Position numbers and translations under genes: made by a program
Shown: positions 8,876-17,236 of the stretch, piece by piece
How the letters are laid out: every line of letters starts with the position of its first letter
Numbering within the stretch: position 1 is the stretch's first letter
Virus record (IMG/VR): IMGVR_UViG_3300002138_000037
Span: 54,281 to 74,280 of that record
From: an uncultured virus (IMG/VR IMGVR_UViG_3300002138_000037)
Lineage: Duplodnaviria > Heunggongvirae > Uroviricota > Caudoviricetes
Length of the DNA: 20,000 nt
Direction: 5' to 3' (one strand)
Notes under the pieces: generated by a model
Told to the model about the DNA's origin: nothing
The model's database searches: none
Seen by the model: only the letters and a program-made list of their open reading frames with translations

Positions 8876-11800
8876 ATGCCAATAACTGAAGGTGGAAGAT
8901 TTAGTCCCGTGGACCGCATTGTGAGTCCGGGAGTTTTTACAAGAGAAAATGATTTAAGCGGACTCGCACAGGGTGTCGCTGATATAGGTGGTGTTATCGT
9001 CGCACCGTTTCCAAAAGGTCCGGGGTTTGCACCAACGTTAGTTACATCCGTCAGTGAACTCGAAGAGAAATTCGGTACCGCTGATGGTGTTTATTATGGA
9101 CCATACACTGCAAAAGAGTATTTATCCGAACAAGGACGTGTAACCGTATGTCGTGTTGGTGCATTGACTGGTTACAAACAGGAAAACCCATTGATGGTTT
9201 ACGCTATTCCGGGTGTTTGGGATAGAATTGAAGTAAGCGCATCCGTTGAAACGGGTTCTGCTGATGACTATTCTTTCGTCAAAGATTCCGAAGGTTCCAC
9301 CACTGTAAGTGACGTTCTAACCTACGATTCAGCATCTGCATCCGTCACAATGAGTGCGGTTACTGTCGTAGTTACATTTGAAGACGACACTGCAACTTTC
9401 TACCCAGCTGGTTCTGGTAGTGGTGATTACGCAGGTGAGACAGTCACTTTGGGTACGTTTAACTTGACTACGGGTTCTGGTGTTTACATCACATCCAGTT
9501 ATGAAGGTGACCCAACAAAGACTTCCGCACAAAAATTAACTCAAGCATTGTTAGAATCTACCGCAACGGTTTCAAGCTTCTCAATGAGTTTTGACCAATT
9601 ATTCATTACTGCTTCATCGACATTCGATATTGAAAGTGGTTCAACGTTGAAAATTGTTAACCCTGTATTTAAAGCATTACGTTCATCCAGTGGTTGTGGA
9701 ACGGTGTTGTATTTGACCGCAGGTGCAGTTAGTGGTTCATATGGACCATACACCGGAACTTTCACCGCAGATGGTTCAGTCAGTAGTGACCCATGTGCCG
9801 CAACGGGAAGTGGTTCTCAACCATTAGTCTTGGCAGTTCTTGCCAATACTCGTAACGCAACCCAAGATTCATCGGACTTGAGTATTCCGGGTTTCAGTGG
9901 TTCGATTGTAACTATTACTTCTTCGGTAACCGAAAGAGCAACTAGTTTGGAATTTGATATGGCATTGAGCAGTTCAGAAGGAAGTGCATTCGGTAAATAC
10001 CGATTCTCACTCGACCCAAACAGTTCTAAATATATCACCTCAGTATTTGGTAATGACGCAACAGTTGGTGACCCTGACACACAAGTTAGTGGTCAAAAGA
10101 TTGAAGCTGCATATATCTACTCAATATTTGAAGACACGATTGAACGTGTGAAGGCTGACAAGAAGAATTGGAAAATTGGTGTTGGAACATCCATTAGTGA
10201 TGGAACGACTACTCAATCCCGTGTTGGTGATTTGTTGAATTTCACCGATACATATTCTACTAGTTTAACGACTGGTGACAGTGCATTCGCTTTAAAACAA
10301 GCTGAAACTCCATGGATTACATCACAAACGATTGCTCCTTGGACGGGTTCTGCTGGTGACGCGGTTTCTACCAAATACAATTTGTTCAAGGTTCACACCT
10401 TGGGTGACGGTACTGGTGAAAATACTCGTTTCAAAGTTGAAATCAGTAACGTTCGATTGGCTGGAACCGTTCCGGGTTCTACATACGGAAGTTTCACATT
10501 GAGCATTCGTTCATTCAGTGATACGGAAAAACGTCCTAAGATTCTCGAAACCTTCCAGAATTTGAATTTGGATCCGGATTCCGCTAACTTCATCGCTCGT
10601 AGAGTCGGTGACCGTTACAACTACATCACCTTCGCAGGTAAGATTATCGAATTCGGAACATACAGTAACTTGAGTAAGTATGTTCGTATCGAAATGACTG
10701 ACATTGTTTATCCAGTAACATGTGTTCCTTACGGATTCCGTGCTTACGCAACTCCAATGGATAGTAATTATAGTAATTTCTTGCCACCAATGCGTTACAG
10801 CAAGGCGTCCACTTACAGTGAGGCTCCGGGTAAATACGCATCGGGTATTATGATTGGTGAAGTGCCAGTTGGTGCTTCCGATGAATTACAAGCGTTGTAT
10901 CCTACCGCTTCAAGTGGTGTTGGATGTAACCGTGATAATTTACAATACTTCGGCCCGCTGCCATATTTCGGTTCTAACGACTCGAATGGTGAGAATGTCG
11001 ATTTCGACTTGGAAAGTGATTATACGACCGGTGGTGTGACTTCTGGTAATGGTGTGCCATCATACTACATCGCAGCATCCGAATCAACTAACGTCAAGAA
11101 ACGTAAATTCATTCTTGGTTTCCAAGGTGGTTTTGATGGTCAATGGCCAGCAATTCCAGTAAATATCGGTTCTGATATTATTGCTGGAAACACACAAGGT
11201 TTGGATTGCACAAACATCAATAGTGCTGGAAGTGTCGCATATAAACAATGTGTCGGTGCTTTAAGTAACGCAGATGAGTTCGATATTAACTTGATTGTTG
11301 TTCCGGGTATCTTCTCAAGTTTACACAGTTATGTGACAAACTTGGTAGTTGATATGTGCGAAGCTCGTGGTGACTGTTTCTATATCATGGATAACGTGGT
11401 ATTCCCATCCACCAACCAAAGCACAGGTTTAATTGACAGTTCAATTGACCAAGCAGCTCTATACGACACAAGTTACGCAGCAACTTACTATCCTTGGGTC
11501 AAGATTCTTGACACCAATTTGAATAAGATTGTCAGTGTTCCACCATCTGTTGTGTTACCTGCAATCTACGCAGCTAACGATAGATCCGCCGCAGAGTGGT
11601 TCGCACCTGCTGGTTTAAATCGTGGTGGTATCACCCAAGCTGTTCAAGTGCTTGACCGTTTGACTCACGAAGAACGTGACACCTTATACGAAGGTCGTGT
11701 CAATCCAATCGCAGCGTTTCCGGGCCAAGGTATTTGTGTTTGGGGTCAAAAAACTCTCCAAGTCGCACCAAGTGCTCTTGACCGTATCAACGTTCGTAGA

Positions 11801-12100
11801 TTGTTAATTGCACTCAAGAAATTCATCGCATCGTCCTCGAAATTCTTGGTGTTTGAACAAAACGTATCCGCAACAAGAAATAGATTCTTGGCAATCGTTA
11901 ATCCATATCTCGAAAGCGTACAACAACGTAGTGGTTTGTATGCCTTCCAAGTTGTTATGGATGAATCGAATAACACTCCTGATTTGATTGATAGAAATAT
12001 CCTCTACGGTCAAATTTACATACAACCAGCTAAGACGGCTGAATTCATCATACTTGATTTCAACGTCATGCCTACTGGAGCGCAGTTTCCTGGCGCATAA
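8876..12100 (+). CDS. Contractile tail sheath protein (T4 gp18-like), 1074 aa
   Basis: N-terminal SPGVFTRENDLS; C-terminal YAATYYPWV, EWFAPAGLNRG, VWGQKTLQ, LDRINVRRLL, FEQN, IQPAKTAEFIILDF; SD-like AAAGGAG upstream. Confidence 0.97.
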   Translation: MPITEGGRFSPVDRIVSPGVFTRENDLSGLAQGVADIGGVIVAPFPKGPGFAPTLVTSVSELEEKFGTADGVYYGPYTAKEYLSEQGRVTVCRVGALTGYKQENPLMVYAIPGVWDRIEVSASVETGSADDYSFVKDSEGSTTVSDVLTYDSASASVTMSAVTVVVTFEDDTATFYPAGSGSGDYAGETVTLGTFNLTTGSGVYITSSYEGDPTKTSAQKLTQALLESTATVSSFSMSFDQLFITASSTFDIESGSTLKIVNPVFKALRSSSGCGTVLYLTAGAVSGSYGPYTGTFTADGSVSSDPCAATGSGSQPLVLAVLANTRNATQDSSDLSIPGFSGSIVTITSSVTERATSLEFDMALSSSEGSAFGKYRFSLDPNSSKYITSVFGNDATVGDPDTQVSGQKIEAAYIYSIFEDTIERVKADKKNWKIGVGTSISDGTTTQSRVGDLLNFTDTYSTSLTTGDSAFALKQAETPWITSQTIAPWTGSAGDAVSTKYNLFKVHTLGDGTGENTRFKVEISNVRLAGTVPGSTYGSFTLSIRSFSDTEKRPKILETFQNLNLDPDSANFIARRVGDRYNYITFAGKIIEFGTYSNLSKYVRIEMTDIVYPVTCVPYGFRAYATPMDSNYSNFLPPMRYSKASTYSEAPGKYASGIMIGEVPVGASDELQALYPTASSGVGCNRDNLQYFGPLPYFGSNDSNGENVDFDLESDYTTGGVTSGNGVPSYYIAASESTNVKKRKFILGFQGGFDGQWPAIPVNIGSDIIAGNTQGLDCTNINSAGSVAYKQCVGALSNADEFDINLIVVPGIFSSLHSYVTNLVVDMCEARGDCFYIMDNVVFPSTNQSTGLIDSSIDQAALYDTSYAATYYPWVKILDTNLNKIVSVPPSVVLPAIYAANDRSAAEWFAPAGLNRGGITQAVQVLDRLTHEERDTLYEGRVNPIAAFPGQGICVWGQKTLQVAPSALDRINVRRLLIALKKFIASSSKFLVFEQNVSATRNRFLAIVNPYLESVQQRSGLYAFQVVMDESNNTPDLIDRNILYGQIYIQPAKTAEFIILDFNVMPTGAQFPGA

Positions 12101-12117
12101 AAAATAGATAAAATCAG

Positions 12118-12151
12118 AAAACCTCCAAGTGTAAATACTTGGAGGTTTTTT
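12118..12151 (+). terminator. Rho-independent terminator after the sheath gene
   Basis: AAAACCTCCAAGT-GTAAAT-ACTTGGAGGTTTT(TT): perfect 13-bp inverted repeat ending in a T run. Confidence 0.9.
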
Positions 12152-12186
12152 ATTGTAAGGATTAGAGTTTTCATATTTATTATAGT

Positions 12187-12378
12187 ATGAATACTAACGC
12201 AAATTCACAAGCTGAATTTGTAACATATGATGATAATAATATCAACCATGTGTTAGCCGGACCTAACTATGGTCAACCTTGGGGTGATGGTTGGGATGAA
12301 GAATCTTCGTTGGAATTTCAACTGAGTGAGAGATACACTTTCAATAATTTCAAATTTATAGTTACTATACGTACTTAA
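12187..12378 (+). CDS. Small hypothetical protein (63 aa)
   Basis: ATG preceded by TATTTATT (12174-12181); protein-like composition; no recognisable family. Confidence 0.5.
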   Translation: MNTNANSQAEFVTYDDNNINHVLAGPNYGQPWGDGWDEESSLEFQLSERYTFNNFKFIVTIRT

Positions 12379-12470
12379 ATTAGTTGTACTTATTTATAGT
12401 ACTTGTACTAATGTACTTATAATGTACTTAAATATGCTTATTTGCTTAGCGTTGCTTGTACATATACTTT
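12371..12470. repeat. Degenerate direct-repeat tract (GTACTT x5, GTACTA, TGCTT x3)
   Basis: GTACTT at 12371, 12386, 12399, 12413 and 12424; GTACTA at 12405; TGCTT at 12435, 12443 and 12453. Confidence 0.8.
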
Positions 12471-12496
12471 AAAATTAATTTGTCAACTATTTATAT

Positions 12497-12524
12497 TTGA
12501 CAAATATTTATTATAATTTATGAT
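12497..12524 (+). promoter_or_regulatory. Putative sigma70-like promoter for the HAD/NTase pair
   Basis: TTGACA (12497-12502), 16 nt, TATGAT (12519-12524); ATG at 12533. TATTTATA lies directly upstream at 12488-12495. Confidence 0.55.
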
Positions 12525-12532
12525 ACCTACAT

Positions 12533-13084
12533 ATGAAACAGAATATTGATATTGTATATTTAGATATGGACGGTGTTTTATGCGATTTTGAAACTACGTT
12601 TAAAAATCTAAAAGGTAGTCATGGATTAGATGGTCACCAATGGGAAAATAAATATGGCAAAGAAGAATTTTGGGATTTTGTAAACGGACAAGGCATCAAC
12701 TTTTGGAAAGATATGTTGCCAATTACCGATATGAAAATTTTGGTAGCTTATGTTACTACGAACTTTACCAAAAAACAAATTGGTATCATGAGTAGTTCAA
12801 GCAAAAATAACGGTTCAATTTATGCAGAAGCTGGGAAGTTGGAATGGTTAAACAGTCACGGGTTAATAAACTATATTAATCCTCAGCATTTAGTTATAGT
12901 GCCGTCAGCCGAAATCAAAAAGCAATATGCTAAGCCAGATGCAATTTTGATTGATGATTATAAAAAGAATGTGGATAGTTGGGTTAAAAATGGTGGTATT
13001 GGAATAAAACATGAATCAGCCGAATCGACAATTGATGAATTAAATCAATATGTCATAAGTAGAAATTTAAAAGAATATGTCTAA
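12533..13084 (+). CDS. HAD-family 5'(3')-deoxyribonucleotidase-like phosphatase (NT5C type)
   Basis: YLDMDGVLCDF (motif I), GKLEWL, K..YA...AILIDD, W...GGIGI. Confidence 0.88.
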   Translation: MKQNIDIVYLDMDGVLCDFETTFKNLKGSHGLDGHQWENKYGKEEFWDFVNGQGINFWKDMLPITDMKILVAYVTTNFTKKQIGIMSSSSKNNGSIYAEAGKLEWLNSHGLINYINPQHLVIVPSAEIKKQYAKPDAILIDDYKKNVDSWVKNGGIGIKHESAESTIDELNQYVISRNLKEYV

Positions 13085-13769
13085 ACAAAGAATTTACAAT
13101 CCTAATCTAAATCCGGCAATTTGGGTGGACGATACTAACATTAGACCAGAAGTTTCCTCTAAGTTATTACAAATCGCGTCGGATTTTTATGCGGATAGTA
13201 AAATTAATGCAAAGTTAAAAGATGTATATTTACTTGGTAGTTCAGCTAATTACAATTGGTCCCCAACCAGCGACATAGATTTACACTTGGTTATTGACGT
13301 AAATGAATTGGGTATTGATGAAAAAAGTGTGAAGAATTATCTGGATGCTTTGAAATCCAAATGGAACTACGAACACGACATTACTATAAAAGGTCACAAC
13401 GTCGAGGGTTATATTCAAGATATCAATCACAAGACCCATGCCACAGGCATTTATTCATTAATGTCAGGCAGATGGATAGTTAAGCCCGTAAAGGAAAAGG
13501 TAGTCTTGGACCACAATCTCATTTTAAGCAAATATAACGATTACGTCTATAAGATTAATAAAGTAATGGACCAACCAAGTATTGAGAAGATAAAAACCAT
13601 ACTATCAGACATATACAAAATGAGAGAAACTGGTTTGGATGCGAGTGGAGAACTTAGCACAGAAAATATCGTGTTTAAACTACTCCGAACCAATCACTAC
13701 CTTGACAAACTAAGAGACATCAAAACCACCATTTATGATAAAAGTGTGAGTATATTTGAAAAGAGTTAA
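13077..13769 (+). CDS. Pol-beta superfamily nucleotidyltransferase
   Basis: LLGSSANYNWSPTSDIDLH (hGS...DxD) plus VEGYIQD third carboxylate; helical C-terminal domain (GELSTENIVFKLLR). Overlaps the upstream gene by 8 nt. Confidence 0.85.
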   Translation: MSKQRIYNPNLNPAIWVDDTNIRPEVSSKLLQIASDFYADSKINAKLKDVYLLGSSANYNWSPTSDIDLHLVIDVNELGIDEKSVKNYLDALKSKWNYEHDITIKGHNVEGYIQDINHKTHATGIYSLMSGRWIVKPVKEKVVLDHNLILSKYNDYVYKINKVMDQPSIEKIKTILSDIYKMRETGLDASGELSTENIVFKLLRTNHYLDKLRDIKTTIYDKSVSIFEKS

Positions 13770-15325
13770 GATTTATTACTCCACGACCATTTACTATTTC
13801 CACAATCCCATATTCTATCAAAGCCATGGTTTTGCATATTATCCCACTCAGTTAATGTTTCATCAAATCCCTCTAATTTTTTCACTAAAAGATGTTTTTG
13901 CCAAGACATTCTATTTTGAGTGGTGTAGTAACGGTCTATAATGTAGTAATAGTTTGGTGGTGTATTGTCCAAAAACATAAATCCTAGATTCAAATATAAA
14001 TTACCATCAAAAAAACGTCGGTCAGAATAAGATATTATGTTTTTCGGATTAATTTTACCTAAGAAATGTTTAAATAGTCGAGATGCACCCCCAACAACTT
14101 TAGTATTCAACTTATTGCAATATCTACTCAACTCCCACTCATAGTGACGATTAAACCTCGGTTTACAAAATGTCATCAACGATACCAATTCTTCATTATG
14201 ATATAATCCCAATCGAATGCTAGGGTGATCCGTTCCTTGCATGTGATTCTCTTTCAAAAAGTCGGAGGATTCTTTAGATGATGGTTCTTTTATAACACAT
14301 TTTCTAGCATATATTTTAGTAGTCGATACATTTAACAAATTTCGTAATATAGATTTGACAATTTCCTGCTTACTTCGCCACTCATTATCCCATACATGGA
14401 TAAGTTTTGTCTCTTTGACAATACAATTTTTTGTCTTGTTAAGATGGTATATTTTATTTTTTCCACCAAATACATCAGAATGAAAAGCCAAACTATCACA
14501 TTCTATAGCTATTTTTAAATCAGGAATGTAAATGTCTAATTCTTTCGGATATAACAAACTACGGTCATTTGAAATGATAGGATGTGTAGTTAAAGATTTG
14601 ACGAAATTTAAAATATCAGTTTGAAATGTGGAATATAATTTGTCACATGTGGAACATCGTAAATCTTTACCATCTGATAAATCATACAACTCAATTCCAT
14701 TACAACGTTTACATAAAAATGGATACTTATGAATACTAGTTGAATTAACACCATCGTAGTTATCAAATTCAAATTTCGGTATGAAATTAACAAACCTATC
14801 CGATTCTATAAATTTTCTAAACATATTCAATTTGTGTGCCAGTTTATAGTTGGTTGATTGAGACGCATGTTCTTTATTATACTTTTCAATACATGTTTTT
14901 TTATATCTAATTTTATATTCGTCGGTTTTTTTGTAATTATCAACCCCATATTTCGACAAACAGGTTTTTTTGATTTGTTCTATATTATTGTAATTTTTAT
15001 CACCGTATTTTTCAAAAAGAGTGGTTTGGATTTGTTCTTTAAATCCATCAATTTTAGAATAATGATTAACTCCATATTTTTCCAAAATAGAATTTTTTAG
15101 ATTATTTTTTGTATTTTCAGTCAACATAGGATGACCACCATATCTTTCATCAAATGTATTTTTTTGACTTTCGAGTATTTTACGTTTAGTTTCTGGATGG
15201 GCATTCGCACAGACTTTACCACAAAATCGTTGTATATTTCTTTTTACGTATTTTACTTGAAATATAACGTGACACTGTTCACAGGTTTTTTCCACAAACA
15301 TTGGATTTTTTTTAGGTCTTGCCAT
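13766..15325 (-). CDS. Hef-like endonuclease with KYG repeats, PD-(D/E)XK domain and C-terminal Mom-like GNAT domain
   Basis: CEQC..FC...C Zn finger; repeated (E/S)KYG(V/D); ELDIYIPDLKIAIECDSLAFHS nuclease core; C-terminal NHMQG...WELSRYC...GGASRLF...SYSDRR...GNLYLNLGF. Confidence 0.78.
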   Translation of the reverse strand: MARPKKNPMFVEKTCEQCHVIFQVKYVKRNIQRFCGKVCANAHPETKRKILESQKNTFDERYGGHPMLTENTKNNLKNSILEKYGVNHYSKIDGFKEQIQTTLFEKYGDKNYNNIEQIKKTCLSKYGVDNYKKTDEYKIRYKKTCIEKYNKEHASQSTNYKLAHKLNMFRKFIESDRFVNFIPKFEFDNYDGVNSTSIHKYPFLCKRCNGIELYDLSDGKDLRCSTCDKLYSTFQTDILNFVKSLTTHPIISNDRSLLYPKELDIYIPDLKIAIECDSLAFHSDVFGGKNKIYHLNKTKNCIVKETKLIHVWDNEWRSKQEIVKSILRNLLNVSTTKIYARKCVIKEPSSKESSDFLKENHMQGTDHPSIRLGLYHNEELVSLMTFCKPRFNRHYEWELSRYCNKLNTKVVGGASRLFKHFLGKINPKNIISYSDRRFFDGNLYLNLGFMFLDNTPPNYYYIIDRYYTTQNRMSWQKHLLVKKLEGFDETLTEWDNMQNHGFDRIWDCGNSKWSWSNKS

Positions 15326-15442
15326 ATGTAATTTCGGTTCTTACGTGGATATAATTACAGAAGTTTAACAAAAGTCAACATTTTTCCAAATAAATTATAT
15401 TTATAATTGTGGTGACAATACCATTACAAATAAATTAATACT

Positions 15443-15937
15443 ATGGCAGACTTATTACAATCGAATGAAATTTTCTATACAAGTTTTGAACCAAAGGTTC
15501 AGAACCGATTCATAATGTATGTGGATGGCATTCCGTCGTTCCTCATTAAAGCAACAAACCGTCCAAAGATTTCTGCAGAGGCAAAGGTTTTGGACCATAT
15601 CAATATTCAACGTAAATATCGTGGTAAAAGCAAGTGGAGTGATATTTCGATAACGATGTATGATCCAGTCGTTCCATCTGGTGCTCAAGCCGTTATGGAA
15701 TGGATTCGTCTTCACCACGAATCTGTCACGGGTCGTGACGGTTACACTGATTTCTATAAGAAAGATGTCACCATTAACGTATTAGGGCCCGTTAGTGATA
15801 AAGTCGAAGAATGGACATTGAAGGGTGCATTCATCAGTGGTGAAACCGACTTCGGAAGTTTGGATTGGAGTAATGATGGAGAATTCATTCCGATAACATT
15901 ACAATTAAGTTACGACTACGCCGTGCTTCAGTTTTGA
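15443..15937 (+). CDS. Tail tube protein (T4 gp19-like)
   Basis: FEPKVQNRF, W..I.ITMYDP, VMEWIR, YKKDV.I..LGP...VEEWTLKGAF and L.YDYA; downstream of the sheath; TATTTATA at 15398-15405. Confidence 0.92.
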   Translation: MADLLQSNEIFYTSFEPKVQNRFIMYVDGIPSFLIKATNRPKISAEAKVLDHINIQRKYRGKSKWSDISITMYDPVVPSGAQAVMEWIRLHHESVTGRDGYTDFYKKDVTINVLGPVSDKVEEWTLKGAFISGETDFGSLDWSNDGEFIPITLQLSYDYAVLQF

Positions 15938-15976
15938 TTATCTTGTATTGACAATATCAAAAATCGGTATACGGTT

Positions 15977-16010
15977 AAAACCATCCTACACAACAGTAGG
16001 ATGGTTTTTT
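15977..16010 (+). terminator. Rho-independent terminator after the tail tube gene
   Basis: AAAACCATCCTAC-ACAACA-GTAGGATGGTTTT(TT): perfect 13-bp inverted repeat plus T run. Confidence 0.88.
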
Positions 16011-16829
16011 ATGGATGAATATAAATGTAAACGGTGTTCCAGAAGTTTTGAACGGTTTGAATTATTAAGTCGTCACTCAACAGCCGTACATAAAACAAAG
16101 ATGTCAAATCTCTATCTTGAATATTATTTAAATGGTGTACATCCAACATGTGCATGTGGTTGTGGTGAAAAGGTAAAGTGGGGACAAGAATTTGGTCGAT
16201 TTAGAGAATTTTCAACAGTCGGACATGCAATGAGAGTGAGGAATAATTGGGGACATAATCAGAAAGCTATTGAAAAATCATCCGAGACACGAAGAAAGCA
16301 ATTTGCATCCGGTGAGAGAATCCCTTGGAGTAAAGGTTTAAAAAAAGAAGACTCTGAATCATTACAAAGAACTGCAAAAAAATGTTCTGATAGATTTACA
16401 CCCGAAATAAGAAAGGAATATTCCGAACGAATGGCACGTCGCCGAAATAACAAAGAAATTATATCTCCCAGCCGAGAAAATCACCATTGGTGGAATGGTG
16501 GAGTGTCAACCATAGAAAATATAGCCCGGTCGGATGTTCGATATAAACGTGAATGGCGAACCCCAATTTTAATTAGAGATGGTTATAAATGTAAATCGTG
16601 CAATTCCACTGATAATCTTCAAGTACATCATCACATAGAAAGTTTTATAGAAATATATAACAAAATTATGGAAAACCATATTAATGAAGATATTGAAAAC
16701 TTTGAAATTAAAAAAACCATCGCATCAGAAATTGTTGATTACCATATAAAAAACAAGGTATCTGGACAAACTCTGTGTCAAGTGTGTCATATAAAAGAAC
16801 ATCCCGATTTAAATTTTATAGTTAGTTGA
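16011..16829 (+). CDS. HNH homing endonuclease with C2H2 finger and CACGCG module
   Basis: CKRC...H....H, PTCACGCG, PWSKG and WNGG (NUMOD-like), RDGYKCKSC...LQVHH...TLCQVCH...H (HNH). The ATG at 16011 is preferred; the TTG extension from 15948 spans the terminator. Confidence 0.85.
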   Translation: MDEYKCKRCSRSFERFELLSRHSTAVHKTKMSNLYLEYYLNGVHPTCACGCGEKVKWGQEFGRFREFSTVGHAMRVRNNWGHNQKAIEKSSETRRKQFASGERIPWSKGLKKEDSESLQRTAKKCSDRFTPEIRKEYSERMARRRNNKEIISPSRENHHWWNGGVSTIENIARSDVRYKREWRTPILIRDGYKCKSCNSTDNLQVHHHIESFIEIYNKIMENHINEDIENFEIKKTIASEIVDYHIKNKVSGQTLCQVCHIKEHPDLNFIVS

Positions 16830-16863
16830 TATTTTAACTAATATTTATAACTGTAAACAACCT

Positions 16864-17199
16864 ATGAAAAAATCGCAATTAAAAGAGTCAATCAAGAGTT
16901 TCATTAAAACACTCATGGAACAAGATGACGAGTTTGCCGGAAAGATACATGCAGCTCAAATCAAACGAGATGAGTATGACTTAATTGCAAAGAAGGTTTC
17001 GTATGACCGTGCGAAGTCTCGATTGAAAAGTGCTGAAGAACAATTACGTAGTGCGAAAAATAACCGTAAAGAAGATGTATCTGCGGAAGAAGCAGCAGTT
17101 GCCGCCGCAAAAAAAGAATTAAGTAGTGCAAATGAAATGGTATCAGCAGCTACACAAAAGTTGAGTGGAACTAAAAAGGGTAGCAATATAATTAGTTAA
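16864..17199 (+). CDS. Coiled-coil hypothetical protein with MKKSQLKESIK leader
   Basis: Ala/Lys/Glu-rich helical ORF; TATTTATA at 16842-16849. Confidence 0.75.
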   Translation: MKKSQLKESIKSFIKTLMEQDDEFAGKIHAAQIKRDEYDLIAKKVSYDRAKSRLKSAEEQLRSAKNNRKEDVSAEEAAVAAAKKELSSANEMVSAATQKLSGTKKGSNIIS

Positions 17200-17236
17200 A
17201 AATTGAATGTGGTCACTATATATACTCAAATAAGTT

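Noticed and set aside
8749..8889. Short ORF (MSIYKNTFK...) upstream of and overlapping the sheath start
   Set aside because: AT-rich leader sequence with low-information translation; more simply the sheath 5' UTR.
9329..12025. Several 60-90 aa antisense or alternate-frame ORFs within the sheath gene (and similar ones inside other genes, e.g. 1957, 7702, 19211)
   Set aside because: Shadow ORFs of strongly codon-biased genes; no motifs, promoters or RBS.
12361..12470. Possible CRISPR or mini-array
   Set aside because: Repeats are only ~6 nt with irregular gaps; no 25-40 nt repeat/spacer structure and no cas genes.
5211..13769. Identical AGAGTTAA at the ends of both plus-strand genes that converge on antisense endonucleases (5211-5218, 13762-13769)
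   Set aside because: An 8-mer that includes the stop codon in AT-rich DNA; the two endonucleases differ in architecture, so chance is likely.
2649..16829. Group I introns or inteins hosting the endonucleases
   Set aside because: Flanking structural genes appear complete and uninterrupted; endonucleases are intergenic with almost no non-coding flanks; no intein splice motifs noticed in the sheath insertion.
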